From Alphaproteobacteria bacterium (lineage in GTDB: Bacteria; Pseudomonadota; Alphaproteobacteria; Rs-D84), in NCBI GenBank assembly GCA_017505705.1, contig JAFVOS010000008.1:880-64879 (forward strand): a stretch of 64,000 bases of DNA, given 5' to 3'. Each line of letters begins with the position of its first letter. Position 1 is the first letter of the stretch. Made by a program: the position numbers and the translations under genes. This document shows, in pieces, positions 1-13,751 of this stretch. The notes beneath the pieces are model-generated. The model saw only the letters and a list, made by a program, of their open reading frames with translations, searched no databases and was not told where the DNA came from.

Positions 1-971
1 ATGCCTTGCTGGGGCGTTTCAAGATGACTCAATACTGGCGTGATTATATGAACCGCAACGGATTTTTGGAAATTGAAACACCGATTATGCAGAATATTGC
101 ATCTGGTGCGGCGGCACGTCCATTTACAACGCACCACAATGCGCTGGATGCTGATTTTCAATTGCGTATTTCACCGGAATTGTTCTTAAAGCAGGCAATT
201 GGCGCTGGCTTTGATCGTGTGTACGAGGTTGCCAAAGATTTCCGCAACGAAGGCATGGATGCAATGCACCTGCAAGAATTCACAATGGTTGAATGGTATG
301 CAGCGTATTGGGATTATAACGATAATATCAAATTCACATGGGAATTAATCCAGGAATTATTAATGAAATGTCGTGGCACATTACAGATTGAATACCAGGG
401 CACAAAACTGGATTTCAGTAAATATGAAATGATTGACTATACGGCCAAGATGAATGAATTCTTTGGCTGCGATATCCTGGAATTTGATGATGTTGATGAA
501 TTGCGTCAGAAACTGGTTGATAATGGCATGTTCCCATTCGCTGAACTGGAAGATTTAAAATCAATTCCAACATTGGTTGACTATGTATACAAGCGCAAGA
601 TACGAAATGACATTGTAAATCCGACATTCTTGTATAACTATCCTGCATATATGGTTCCATTGGCCCGTCGCAGTGATGCCGACGAACGCAGAATTGACAT
701 GTATCAATTGTTGGTATGTGGTGCTGAAATATGCAAAGGGTATTCCGAACTTGTAAATCCAATTCAGCAATTGGCTGCATTCGAAGAACAGGCACGCAAC
801 ATTGCCGATGGTGATGAAGAAGCCTTTAACCCAGATAACGACTTTGTTCGTGCGATGGAACATGGTTTTCCACCGATTTCTGGTGTTGGTATGGGGGTTG
901 ACAGATTGGCCAGCATTATTTTCGATCAGCCGACCCTGCGTGACGTAATTTTGTTCCCGATAATGAAGTAG
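1..971 (+). CDS. lysS: Lysyl-tRNA synthetase, class II, C-terminal catalytic part. The 5' end is truncated by the window edge.
   Basis: The ORF 6..971 has no upstream start within the window. It carries class II aaRS motifs, including motif 3 (GVGMGVDRL), and the anticodon-binding to catalytic core reads as LysRS in the translation. Confidence 0.85.
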   Translation, partial: ALLGRFKMTQYWRDYMNRNGFLEIETPIMQNIASGAAARPFTTHHNALDADFQLRISPELFLKQAIGAGFDRVYEVAKDFRNEGMDAMHLQEFTMVEWYAAYWDYNDNIKFTWELIQELLMKCRGTLQIEYQGTKLDFSKYEMIDYTAKMNEFFGCDILEFDDVDELRQKLVDNGMFPFAELEDLKSIPTLVDYVYKRKIRNDIVNPTFLYNYPAYMVPLARRSDADERRIDMYQLLVCGAEICKGYSELVNPIQQLAAFEEQARNIADGDEEAFNPDNDFVRAMEHGFPPISGVGMGVDRLASIIFDQPTLRDVILFPIMK

Positions 972-980
972 GGGGCCAAA

Positions 981-2381
981 ATGAATGACACAACGCCCGA
1001 TGGCTATGCGGAAACATTAACCCTGGAACGGGACAGAAAGAATTTAACAACAATCGACAAAGCTGTCGAAACCGGACGCATTAACGAAGAAGCGGCTGAA
1101 TATCTGTGCACACTGTACAGTGACAGTATGCATTGGTTGCGTGAAATATTTCACATTTTGGGTAAATCATTTGGTGCACCCAAGGCACCTGTTATGAAAT
1201 ATGATTATGCGACAGATTCTGCAATTGATGAGCCAATGAAGATTTCGGATATCCATCCATTATCTCCATATGTTGTGCAACATCGTTTGGACGCAGACCC
1301 AATGCGTAATCAGTTTTTTACCAGTGCCCCTGGCCATAAAATTGAATTGTCGGTATCGTCAATTGTAACGGTTATTGTTGCAGCGCAAAAAAAGATAGAA
1401 CGTGCGCTGGATAAAATTACTGGCAAATACTATCGTGATTATGTAAATGACGTTGCACGTGCTGCATTTCGTGTTTTAAGTGCAGATGGGCGTGATGCAT
1501 CTGCACGTGCAATTTCTGACAAAATTCACAAGGTTTTTTCAGAAAAATATATTACCAATGCACCAGAAACAGTTTTGTCACTTATTGGTCGTGGTCATGA
1601 AAAGATTGCGGTTGAAATGGTGCGTGCCCTGGATAAAATCGAAAAACCACACCACAGATTGCAAGATGTATGGCGTGTTAAGTGTTTGTTTGATTTAGTT
1701 CCCCAGGCTCGAACCTTTATCGAACGTCTTTATTCTGCGATGCCAGAACGCATAATTTCCAGTCGTGACAAGTTTTATGATATGACGAATCCACGTAATT
1801 ATCGTGATGCAAAAATCATATTAAATATCGGACATGGCAAGACTGTTGTTCCAATGGAAATTATATGTCAGGTTCGTACATTCTTTGAATTCGAACGTAA
1901 AACACACGAAGTGTATGAAACAACACGGCGCACCAAAAATGCAAAATCCGATAATATGGAAAGTAAATTGGCCACGTTCTTGGAAGATGGTGTAAAGTCG
2001 TACAACCACGTGATTTGTCGCTGTCTGGAAGCATTGTTTGAGCGTGTCGGTTGGAATATTTTATATTCCCAGGACAATCGTATATCTATGTTCGAAGGCT
2101 TTCCGCATGAATGCAAGTTGTATTATCCGCAAAAGATTTTGGATAATATAAATGAAAAACTGGATGACGCCATTGAAAACGAGGTTTTTCGTGTCGAAAA
2201 CGCCCCAACAAAATTGACAACAAATCAACAGGCCAAGATTTTCCATTTTATGGCACGATTTGTATTGGTGTCGGCAATGCCGTATATGCAGCGTGACTGG
2301 GCGTTTAGTCCAACAACCCAGGCGGAAAAGCTGTTCAATTTTGTTATGAACGAAGTTCAGCGTTATTATAAAAAATCATAA
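981..2381 (+). CDS. Hypothetical protein, 466 aa, with no recognisable domain.
   Basis: Long intact ORF spaced 10 nt after lysS and followed by a strong hairpin terminator. Confidence 0.5.
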   Translation: MNDTTPDGYAETLTLERDRKNLTTIDKAVETGRINEEAAEYLCTLYSDSMHWLREIFHILGKSFGAPKAPVMKYDYATDSAIDEPMKISDIHPLSPYVVQHRLDADPMRNQFFTSAPGHKIELSVSSIVTVIVAAQKKIERALDKITGKYYRDYVNDVARAAFRVLSADGRDASARAISDKIHKVFSEKYITNAPETVLSLIGRGHEKIAVEMVRALDKIEKPHHRLQDVWRVKCLFDLVPQARTFIERLYSAMPERIISSRDKFYDMTNPRNYRDAKIILNIGHGKTVVPMEIICQVRTFFEFERKTHEVYETTRRTKNAKSDNMESKLATFLEDGVKSYNHVICRCLEALFERVGWNILYSQDNRISMFEGFPHECKLYYPQKILDNINEKLDDAIENEVFRVENAPTKLTTNQQAKIFHFMARFVLVSAMPYMQRDWAFSPTTQAEKLFNFVMNEVQRYYKKS

Positions 2382-2389
2382 TAATTTCA

Positions 2390-2421
2390 AAACCCGCCAT
2401 CTGGCGGGTGTTTTTATTTTT
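2390..2421. terminator. Rho-independent, bidirectional terminator.
   Basis: The sequence cccgccatctggcggg forms a GC hairpin followed by a T-run. It lies between two convergent ORFs. Confidence 0.7.
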
Positions 2422-3127
2422 GCTTTTGCAGCATATCTTTTAAAAATGTGTCTACTGGCACTGGTGCTGCGGGCGTTGGTCCCAGTTGTCTGTTATAGTG
2501 GCTGGCCGGGTTCAAATTGTATGGCATGCGTTCACCGGTAAATTCTTTGAAATAGATTTGCCCGATACGCATGTATGGATATACAACCGTTGGATACAAA
2601 ACATGAATTTCCAGTGTCCATTGTCCACAAAAACCATCGTCCCCACGCCCAGCGGTGTGGTGGTTTAAGATAAAGTTCCGTCCGATACTGGATTTTCCGT
2701 CGATTTCCGGGAACAGGTTGTGTGCCTCTGTATATTCAACTGTTGCCCCCAGGTAGCCCACATCTGGTGACAAAATCAATCCTGTTTCTGGTATTTTTAT
2801 ATCAATGGTTTCATGATGTGCCGGTGTTGTTGGATCGATTAAATATCGTGGATTTCGAATGTCGTATTCATTTGGATTCGTCCGATATGTTTCATATCGT
2901 GTCGCATATTCAAACCAGTCTTTCATACTGTGTAATTGTGGGTCGCCCTTATATGGGATTGCTGGCCTCATACCAAACGGTATTGTGTGTTTATACACCT
3001 TCAGTGTATCTGCCAGATGCAAATCATAACTATTAGAACCCAAACATCTGTCATCAAAAGGACGAATTACAATATCAGGGTTATCGCCCTGCATACGTTT
3101 TTTTATTTCTGGACCGGTCAGCAGCAT
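2414..3127 (-). CDS. dcd: dCTP deaminase family protein, long form.
   Basis: The N-terminus MLLTGPEI, the GSNSYDLHL motif and a C-terminal DGKSSIGRN...GxxGxxTLE block align to the Dcd/dUTPase fold. Insertions make it longer than E. coli Dcd. Confidence 0.65.
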   Translation of the reverse strand: MLLTGPEIKKRMQGDNPDIVIRPFDDRCLGSNSYDLHLADTLKVYKHTIPFGMRPAIPYKGDPQLHSMKDWFEYATRYETYRTNPNEYDIRNPRYLIDPTTPAHHETIDIKIPETGLILSPDVGYLGATVEYTEAHNLFPEIDGKSSIGRNFILNHHTAGRGDDGFCGQWTLEIHVLYPTVVYPYMRIGQIYFKEFTGERMPYNLNPASHYNRQLGPTPAAPVPVDTFLKDMLQKQK

Positions 3128-3234
3128 TTTTAATCCTTTTTTGTTTCCCCGCCCACGTTTGCATTATGTGCAAAACGTGTACATAAATGCAAGATTTTTA
3201 TTCACTTTTGTTTTTGGTGTGCTATGGTTTTTGC

Positions 3235-4131
3235 ATGACTAAAAAAACATACTCTGGCTTTGTTGCCATTATCGGCCCGACAAATGCGGGCAAAAGTACA
3301 TTGTTAAACCAAATTATGGGGCGCAAAGTGTCCATTGTTTCACACAAGGTGCAAACCACCAGAACACGCCTGCGTGCGGTAAAAATGGTTGGTGACAAAC
3401 AATTGATATTTGTGGACACGCCCGGCGTTTTCAAGCCATCACGTCGATTGGATCGTGCAATGGTTGCCGCTGCCATGGATGCGGTGTCTGATGCCGATGC
3501 GATATTGTTGCTGGTCGATGCGCAAAAGGGATTAACCGAAACAATTCGCATGTTGGCTGAAAAAATCAAGGATTGTCCAAATATCTTTGTTGCCTTGAAC
3601 AAGGTTGACGCAATTGCGAAACTGGAATTACTGCCAATGGTTGCCCAATTGAATGAAATGGCGCCATGGCGTGAAATATTTATGATTTCTGCACTGAAAA
3701 ATGATGGTATTGACCAGATGTTGAATGCACTGGCAGATGTTATGCCGGTGGGTCCATATCTGTTTGATACAGTTGATGCGCCTGATGTTCCAGATGAATT
3801 ATACCTTGCCGAATTGACCCGGGAAAAGGTTTATAAATATATCCACCAAGAATTACCGTATCATATCAATGTTGTGACTGAACGGGTTGATGTGGATGCC
3901 GACGGTGTTCTGGATATATATCAAAAAATTGCGGTTCGTAATGATGCGCACAAAAAAATTGTTGTGGGCAAGGGGGGCGAGCAATTAAAACGCATTGGTA
4001 CCGCCGCCCGTCATGATATCCAAGATCAGTGGGATGTGAACGCACGCTTGCACCTGTTTGTGCGTGTTGAACCCGACTGGGAAGACAAGGCTGAAAATTA
4101 TATCGACCAGGGGCTAGAGTTTAAAAAATAA
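3235..4131 (+). CDS. era: GTPase Era.
   Basis: G1 motif AIIGPTNAGKSTLLN, a DTPG G3 motif, an NKVD G4 motif and a C-terminal KH domain. The ATG at 3235 is preferred over the ORF-track start at 3187. Confidence 0.9.
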   Translation: MTKKTYSGFVAIIGPTNAGKSTLLNQIMGRKVSIVSHKVQTTRTRLRAVKMVGDKQLIFVDTPGVFKPSRRLDRAMVAAAMDAVSDADAILLLVDAQKGLTETIRMLAEKIKDCPNIFVALNKVDAIAKLELLPMVAQLNEMAPWREIFMISALKNDGIDQMLNALADVMPVGPYLFDTVDAPDVPDELYLAELTREKVYKYIHQELPYHINVVTERVDVDADGVLDIYQKIAVRNDAHKKIVVGKGGEQLKRIGTAARHDIQDQWDVNARLHLFVRVEPDWEDKAENYIDQGLEFKK

Positions 4132-4132
4132 T

Positions 4133-5161
4133 ATGCTGACTACGTCTGATTTTGATTTTGAATTGCCGGCTGAATTAATTGCGTCTCAGCCATTGGCGCA
4201 ACGTGATGCGTCACGTATGTTGGTGGTTGCCTCGGATGGTACAATTTTGGATAAACATATCCGTAATTTTCTGGATTTTCTGCGCCCAGGTGATGTTGTT
4301 GTTATGAATAACTCACGTGTTATTCCGGCTCGTTTTATGGCAGATGGCAAACACGAAATCACACTGCATACCGCCGTTGACGATAAAACCTGGTGGGGAT
4401 TATGTAAAAAGTTTAATAAAATTCCGGACGGTTCGATTTTGACCCTGGATGATGGCAGCCAGATTCAAGTACTGGCGCATGATGATGACAGTGGTCTGAA
4501 ACTGAAATTTTTATGTGATGATGTTTTTGCGGTTTTGGATCAGGTTGGCAAGATGCCCTTGCCACCGTACATGAAGCGTGACGCCCAGGATTTTGACAGG
4601 GAACGTTATCAGACCGTCTATTCGTCGCCTTTGGGGTCAATGGCTGCACCGACGGCGGGCCTGCACTTTACAAATGAATTACTGGATGAAATTCGTGCAC
4701 GTGGTGCCCAAATTGTAAATGTCACCCTGCATGTTGGGGCGGGCACATGGTTGCCTGTAAAAACCGAAGATTTATCCATGCATAAAATGCACAGTGAATG
4801 GTGCTGTATTACCAGTGCCCAGGCGGACATAATAAACAACGCAAAACGTGTAATTGCGGTTGGCACAACATCAATGCGCACACTGGAAAGTGCGGCAATG
4901 CACAACAGTGATTCTGGTAAATACCGGCGTGTTACGCCATTTTGTCAATCTACAAATATTTTTATTACTCCTGGTTATAAATTCAGGGCGGTTGATGTAC
5001 TGCTGACGAACTTTCATTTACCGAAATCAACATTGTTTATGTTGGTGTCTGCATTTTCTGGATTGCCAGAAATGAAATCTGCATACAAACATGCGGTTGA
5101 TGAAAAATACAGATTTTTCAGTTATGGCGATTGCTGTTTGTTATTTAAAAAGGAAGAGTAA
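4133..5161 (+). CDS. queA: S-adenosylmethionine:tRNA ribosyltransferase-isomerase QueA.
   Basis: The N-terminus FDFELPAELIAQxP and overall QueA-like translation. The queA-tgt gene pair is conserved. Confidence 0.9.
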   Translation: MLTTSDFDFELPAELIASQPLAQRDASRMLVVASDGTILDKHIRNFLDFLRPGDVVVMNNSRVIPARFMADGKHEITLHTAVDDKTWWGLCKKFNKIPDGSILTLDDGSQIQVLAHDDDSGLKLKFLCDDVFAVLDQVGKMPLPPYMKRDAQDFDRERYQTVYSSPLGSMAAPTAGLHFTNELLDEIRARGAQIVNVTLHVGAGTWLPVKTEDLSMHKMHSEWCCITSAQADIINNAKRVIAVGTTSMRTLESAAMHNSDSGKYRRVTPFCQSTNIFITPGYKFRAVDVLLTNFHLPKSTLFMLVSAFSGLPEMKSAYKHAVDEKYRFFSYGDCCLLFKKEE

Positions 5162-6617
<1,456 letters not shown>

Positions 6618-6640
6618 AAACAACAGCAAAGGGGGAACGC

Positions 6641-7624
6641 ATGGCAAAGAAACAAGTCGCAGTTATCGATATGGGGGGTGCAAAAACTGTTGCAAAAAAA
6701 GCGTCTGTGGTCACATGGACCAAGCGTACATTTGCAATTATAACAGTTTTGTGGTTGTCACTGGTTGTATGTGTACCATTATATGTCAAAAATACATATT
6801 CTCAGCCAATTAAGAAATCGATTGTTGTATCGATGTTCTTTGACCTGCAACGTGGGATTGTTAAACAATACGAAGCCTTGTTAAAAGGGGTGGCGGATTC
6901 CATTAATCTGGAAAAACCAATTGCTGCCGCAATTGATTCCGTCAAAATGGCCGAAAATGTCGTGAATAAAGCAACCAATGCCACTGCCAAGGCCAAAGAA
7001 GCCACCGCAGACGTATCTGAAAAAACGTCGGGTGTAAAGAAATTAACAGGTATTGCAAATAAATTTGGCATCAAAACATCTGGGGTCGATAAAGCCGTCG
7101 CCCAGGTCGATCAGGGTGTTGCACGTGCAAACGATACAATTGCATCGGTTGATAAAACCGCACAATTGGTAAATGAAAAACTGGACAAGATTCAGGGTGA
7201 CTTAACTCGTGTTGCCCAAACAGAAATTGATAAAGCCTTGGATGTGGCTGTAAAATCTGCGTTGGATAAAAACAGCGGCGGTCTGGGTACAACATTGTTA
7301 ACCAACTATGGTGTTGAACATGTGTATGCGTGGCGCCCATCATCTTGGCCTGTTGCGACCAAGATATATGACGACTTATCAAAATCGGACGTTGATACAA
7401 TCACTGTTATAACCCGTACGGTTGACGCATATTTTGGCTATGTTGCATGGGGATTGGTATTTGCGGTCTGGGCCATTGGTTTGTATGTCTGGTTTTTGAT
7501 TTATAAAAAGACCAAGGCAATATTAAAGCCATTTAATGTATGTCCACGTTGTGGTCATACATATGCGGACAAACGTACCGCTTTGGGCCTGTTGAAGGTA
7601 TTTCAGCCATGGACATGGTTTTAA
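6641..7624 (+). CDS. Hypothetical membrane-anchored coiled-coil protein with a C-terminal CPRCGH zinc-ribbon-like motif.
   Basis: The ORF is preceded by an RBS-like aaggggga. It has an N-terminal TM helix, a long Ala/Lys-rich helical region, a second TM and a CxxC motif. Confidence 0.45.
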   Translation: MAKKQVAVIDMGGAKTVAKKASVVTWTKRTFAIITVLWLSLVVCVPLYVKNTYSQPIKKSIVVSMFFDLQRGIVKQYEALLKGVADSINLEKPIAAAIDSVKMAENVVNKATNATAKAKEATADVSEKTSGVKKLTGIANKFGIKTSGVDKAVAQVDQGVARANDTIASVDKTAQLVNEKLDKIQGDLTRVAQTEIDKALDVAVKSALDKNSGGLGTTLLTNYGVEHVYAWRPSSWPVATKIYDDLSKSDVDTITVITRTVDAYFGYVAWGLVFAVWAIGLYVWFLIYKKTKAILKPFNVCPRCGHTYADKRTALGLLKVFQPWTWF

Positions 7625-7641
7625 TAAAATAGGGGAAACAT

Positions 7642-7887
7642 ATGTCAGAAAGACAAACGGTTAAAATCGAACAAGATTTTATGGACGATCCAATTAATGT
7701 AAAACTGTCTGGCTTGCGGGCGTGGGTTGTTCCAATACTGATTGCATCAATTGCGCTCAGTACATGTGCAACTGAAATGAATACACGCAATAATACGGCG
7801 GTGCAGCAACAACAACTGGAAATCGCTAAAAAACAATATCAGTTGGATTCTGCCCGGTTTGAGTATATGAAAACGCACCAGAAATAA
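7642..7887 (+). CDS. Hypothetical small membrane protein.
   Basis: 81-aa ORF with an RBS (aggggaaaca) and one TM segment. A terminator follows. Confidence 0.35.
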   Translation: MSERQTVKIEQDFMDDPINVKLSGLRAWVVPILIASIALSTCATEMNTRNNTAVQQQQLEIAKKQYQLDSARFEYMKTHQK

Positions 7888-7913
7888 AAATCCCTCAATT
7901 GGGGGATTTTTAA
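7886..7913 (+). terminator. Rho-independent terminator.
   Basis: Hairpin aaaaatccctcaattgggggattttt followed by a T-run. Confidence 0.65.
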
Positions 7914-8102
7914 TTTGTATAAAATTCCCAGATTTCTGCATGTTTTTCTCCCTAGCCAACACAAACTATTCAGACGGCACAGGCACATTTCAATATTCCG
8001 CTGCATGTTGCATGGGGAAAATTGCAGTTCGGGCACAATTGGTTGCCTTGCCCTGTAAAAATATTTACAGGGCATTTTTTTCCAATTGTATTACGTTTTT
8101 GA

Positions 8103-10127
<2,025 letters not shown>

Positions 10128-10222
10128 CAGATTTGTTTGTGTTGGGGATTTTTTATTATTGCTTTCATTGAAAAAGGTTGTATAATCAGACCGCAATTTT
10201 AAGTTAACTTTAGGGGAAATAT

Positions 10223-11530
10223 ATGTTTAAAAAAGAAAAAATCAAAGATTTACACTATTCTGTAAACGGCTTGATTACCGCTGATGAATTACAGGCAGCG
10301 GCCGATGAAATTTTGCTGGAACATGGCAAAAAGGTTAAAATGCCAGGTTTCCGCCAGGGCAAGGTACCATTAAACATCTTGCGCCAAAAATATAATGCAT
10401 CTGCATACGGCGAAGCGATTGATAAAATGATGAATCGTGATCTGGAATCATATGTTGCAGAAAAGAAAATTCGTCTGGCTGGTGCGCCCAAGGTTGACTT
10501 GTCTGGTTGGACAATCGGTCAGGATGCAGAATATTCGATGGAATTTGATATTTTGCCAACACTGCCAGCGATTGATTTGGATAAAATGACAGTGACTAAA
10601 AAGGTTGCTAAACTGGATGAAAAAGAAGTTGAAACAGCATTGAACAACATTCGTAAATCTCGCAGTGTGGCAGAAAAGCAAGACGCTAAATATCAGGCTG
10701 CTGATGGTGACGTTGCGGTTATTGATTTCAAGGGTTTTGTTGATGATGTCGCATTCGAAGGTGGCGAAGCAAAAAAGCATCATTTGATTTTAGGTTCTGG
10801 TTCATTTATCCCTGGCTTTGAAGATCAGGTTATTGGTCACAAGACTGGCGATAAATTTGATGTAAATGTAAAATTCCCAGAAAATTATCATGCTGCAAAT
10901 TTGGCTGGCAAAGATGCCCGTTTTGAAGTGACTGTACACGAAGTGCGCAAACATATCTTGCCAGAATTAAATGATGAATTGGCAAAACAGGTTGGCCAGG
11001 AATCTGTTGATGCATTGCGTGAACATATTCGCAAAATTATAACAGAACAGTACGTTGATGCTGCAAAACGTGAAATGCGCAATGAACTGTTGGATGTCTT
11101 GGCGGACAAGGTAAAATTAGATTTGCCAGAAACATTGGTTGAACAAGAATACAACATGGCTAAATCTGAATTTGAACGCAGTCATGCCAATTGTCATGAT
11201 GAAAAATGCGAACACAAATGGGATGAAAAATCAGAACGCAAAGATGCAGAACGTCGTGTGAAATTGGGCTTAATCTTGGCTGAATGGGGTACCAACAACA
11301 AGGTAGAAGTCACACGTGAAGACCTGCAACAGGCAATCTGGGCCGAAGCATCCCGCTATCCAGATCCAAAACAGGTATTTGAATTCTATAACAAGAATCA
11401 AAACGCATTGGCAATGTTGCGTGGTATGATTTTTGAACGCAAGGCACTGGATGCAATGTTAACACACGTCAAGACCAAGGAAAAAGAAGTTCCTGCTGAC
11501 GAATTGTTCAAACAGGCGTCTGTTCGCTAA
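10223..11530 (+). CDS. tig: Trigger factor.
   Basis: The N-terminal ribosome-binding signature GFRQGKVP, a central FKBP-type PPIase region and a C-terminal arm. A terminator follows. Confidence 0.9.
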   Translation: MFKKEKIKDLHYSVNGLITADELQAAADEILLEHGKKVKMPGFRQGKVPLNILRQKYNASAYGEAIDKMMNRDLESYVAEKKIRLAGAPKVDLSGWTIGQDAEYSMEFDILPTLPAIDLDKMTVTKKVAKLDEKEVETALNNIRKSRSVAEKQDAKYQAADGDVAVIDFKGFVDDVAFEGGEAKKHHLILGSGSFIPGFEDQVIGHKTGDKFDVNVKFPENYHAANLAGKDARFEVTVHEVRKHILPELNDELAKQVGQESVDALREHIRKIITEQYVDAAKREMRNELLDVLADKVKLDLPETLVEQEYNMAKSEFERSHANCHDEKCEHKWDEKSERKDAERRVKLGLILAEWGTNNKVEVTREDLQQAIWAEASRYPDPKQVFEFYNKNQNALAMLRGMIFERKALDAMLTHVKTKEKEVPADELFKQASVR

Positions 11531-11539
11531 AAGCAATAT

Positions 11540-11568
11540 AAACGCACCGTTTGGTGCGTTTTTCTTTA
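11540..11568 (+). terminator. Rho-independent terminator.
   Basis: Hairpin aaacgcaccgtttggtgcgttttt followed by a T-run. Confidence 0.65.
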
Positions 11569-11582
11569 CAAGGGGGTAATTA

Positions 11583-12548
11583 ATGAAAGCTTATTTAGAT
11601 ATTCTGGGTGATATATATAACAATTGTACTGATGTGCGCCAAAACCGTACCGGAATACCAGACATTGGGACTGGGCATGGGGCGACGTTTGTACACGATA
11701 TGGATATGGGTTTTCCATTAATTACAACCAAGAAAATGGGATTAAAAAACATTGCCACTGAACTGGAATTTTTTATTCGTGGTATTACTGACAAGAAATG
11801 GCTGCAAGACAGAAAGTGTAAAATCTGGAACGAATGGGCAAATCCGGTTAAGGTTGAACAGACATATAATACCAAGGTTCATATGTTGGAGCAGGGCGGT
11901 CCATTATCCCCGGCACAAAAACAAATTGTACGCAATTCTGTTATGGATTATGAACGTGATTTGGGGCCAATTTATGGTTTCCAGTGGCGTCATTTTGGTG
12001 GTGAATATCAGTGGAACTTGAACAGAATAGAGAAAAACCCATCGGACAATTATAATCCAGACAAACCAGGTGTTGACCAGGTTCGTATTGCCATAGATAA
12101 ACTAAAAAATAACCCCAATGATAGACGTATTATTGTATCTGCGTGGAATCCAACGGATTTTGCCCAGATGGCTTTACCCCCATGTCACGTTATGCATCAA
12201 TTAATTGTACGTGATGGTCGCTTAAATCTGATTTGGACCCAGCGTTCATGTGACATGTTCCTGGGAATTCCATATAATATTGCCAGTTATGCATTGTTGC
12301 TGTTGCTGTATGCCAAGGAATCAGGACTAAAACCAGGTGTTCTTAAGGGTGAATTTCATGATGCACACATTTATACCAATCACCTGGATCAGGTTCGTGA
12401 ACAGTTAACACGCACACCGCACAAATTGCCCACCGTTGAAATTCCAGATGAAAACTGGCAGGGTATGCTAAATTGGTATGCAGATGGTGGTTTTGTACTG
12501 CGTGATTATGTCTGCCACGAAGCGTTGCGTGGAGCAGTTGCCAGATAA
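11583..12548 (+). CDS. thyA: Thymidylate synthase (ThyA family), a long variant with insertions.
   Basis: The translation aligns with ThyA throughout: RTGTG-like NRTGIPD, FPLITTKK, RRIIVSAWNP, the catalytic PPCH and SYALL blocks. Confidence 0.85.
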   Translation: MKAYLDILGDIYNNCTDVRQNRTGIPDIGTGHGATFVHDMDMGFPLITTKKMGLKNIATELEFFIRGITDKKWLQDRKCKIWNEWANPVKVEQTYNTKVHMLEQGGPLSPAQKQIVRNSVMDYERDLGPIYGFQWRHFGGEYQWNLNRIEKNPSDNYNPDKPGVDQVRIAIDKLKNNPNDRRIIVSAWNPTDFAQMALPPCHVMHQLIVRDGRLNLIWTQRSCDMFLGIPYNIASYALLLLLYAKESGLKPGVLKGEFHDAHIYTNHLDQVREQLTRTPHKLPTVEIPDENWQGMLNWYADGGFVLRDYVCHEALRGAVAR

Positions 12549-12555
12549 ATAGTTG

Positions 12556-12590
12556 TTGACAATATGAATATTTTGTCCTAGTATAGCGCA
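12556..12590 (+). promoter_or_regulatory. Sigma70-type promoter: TTGACA, 17 nt spacer, TAGTAT.
   Basis: A near-consensus -35 and -10 pair immediately upstream of ORF 12595. Confidence 0.5.
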
Positions 12591-12594
12591 TGCT

Positions 12595-13287
12595 ATGCAC
12601 GGACAAGATAAGTATTTTGAACAACAAAAATCGTTTTTTAACAGCCGAATAGTGGGCAATTCTCGGCATTTGTCTGTGTATATGAAAATATTCCAGATTT
12701 CACATCGTAATATCAAGAATGTACTGCATAACAAGAAATTGTTATTAATTGGCGGTGGGGGGTCCCAGATTCAACGTGCACTTGATTTTGCAAAGATTAA
12801 TTGTGATGTCACAAATGTTGACCCTTACATTAATGATTCTCGTTCCGCCCGAACAGTTATAAATTGCGACTTTAATGATACCTGCTTTGAAAACGAATTT
12901 GATGAGGTCTGGGCATTATATTCATTACCCCTGTATTCACCAGACTGGCAACATGCCATCAGATTTTACAGACGTGCGGCAGTTGCGCTGAAGCCTGGCG
13001 GAACGTTGCGCATTGGCGGTCATCCAAAATGGGTAAATGGCGCATTATTAGCCCCTGTACACTTTATACGTGACAGTATGAATTTTATAGTTCTCGATAT
13101 GAAGATTGAAGAGACTTTTTCGTTACCATATACACTGCCACCGCATCATAAAATTAGTCTAGATTTTACACTGCATCCAGAATCTCGTCATTGGGAACAG
13201 TGGACTGCACCAAAAATTCCTGCGATTAAACAGGCATTGAACGAACATATTAAACAATTAGAGTATAAAAAAGGATACATAAGATGA
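12595..13287 (+). CDS. Class I SAM-dependent methyltransferase-like protein.
   Basis: Motif I LLLIGGGGS, an acidic residue after beta2 (NVD) and an LKPGGTLRIG motif. The start may instead be the internal ATG near 12682. Confidence 0.5.
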   Translation: MHGQDKYFEQQKSFFNSRIVGNSRHLSVYMKIFQISHRNIKNVLHNKKLLLIGGGGSQIQRALDFAKINCDVTNVDPYINDSRSARTVINCDFNDTCFENEFDEVWALYSLPLYSPDWQHAIRFYRRAAVALKPGGTLRIGGHPKWVNGALLAPVHFIRDSMNFIVLDMKIEETFSLPYTLPPHHKISLDFTLHPESRHWEQWTAPKIPAIKQALNEHIKQLEYKKGYIR

Positions 13288-13739
13288 ACACAGAACTGGC
13301 ACCAATTTTTAAACTGCGTGAATTGTGTTTGGCGGTGGTCAACCCGAAATTTTATGCCAAGAACGCAGATTTGATTCATCGTGCATCATTGGCCGCCCAG
13401 GATTATATATTTTCTGGGGCATCACGTGAATATCAAACATATATGTATGGAAATTTTCAGTCTTTGCCTGGATACATTGCGGTTTATCAGAAATACGATT
13501 TGACTGGCAAAGTCAATCCAAATTTAGTTATGGATTTAACATGGGGATTTAAAACAGATGCCATCAATGGGATTATTGATGGACGTGGCAACATAAAAAA
13601 TCGTGTCACTGTATTTAAATCTCGTGTAATGGGCACATACCATAACACTGATCTGTCTGGCACACCATCCAGTGTATTTAAACTGTATCCAGAAAAAGTC
13701 GAAAAATTATTAGACGCAGCCCAGCAAAAAACAAAATAA
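13284..13739 (+). CDS. Hypothetical protein, one of a tandem paralogue pair (copy 1).
   Basis: 151-aa ORF. Its N-terminal 60 aa are clearly similar to the downstream ORF: IFxxRxxxLxxxNxKFYxxxxxxIxxxSLAAQDxxFSG. Confidence 0.45.
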   Translation: MNTELAPIFKLRELCLAVVNPKFYAKNADLIHRASLAAQDYIFSGASREYQTYMYGNFQSLPGYIAVYQKYDLTGKVNPNLVMDLTWGFKTDAINGIIDGRGNIKNRVTVFKSRVMGTYHNTDLSGTPSSVFKLYPEKVEKLLDAAQQKTK

Positions 13740-13751
13740 CAAGGATTCCCA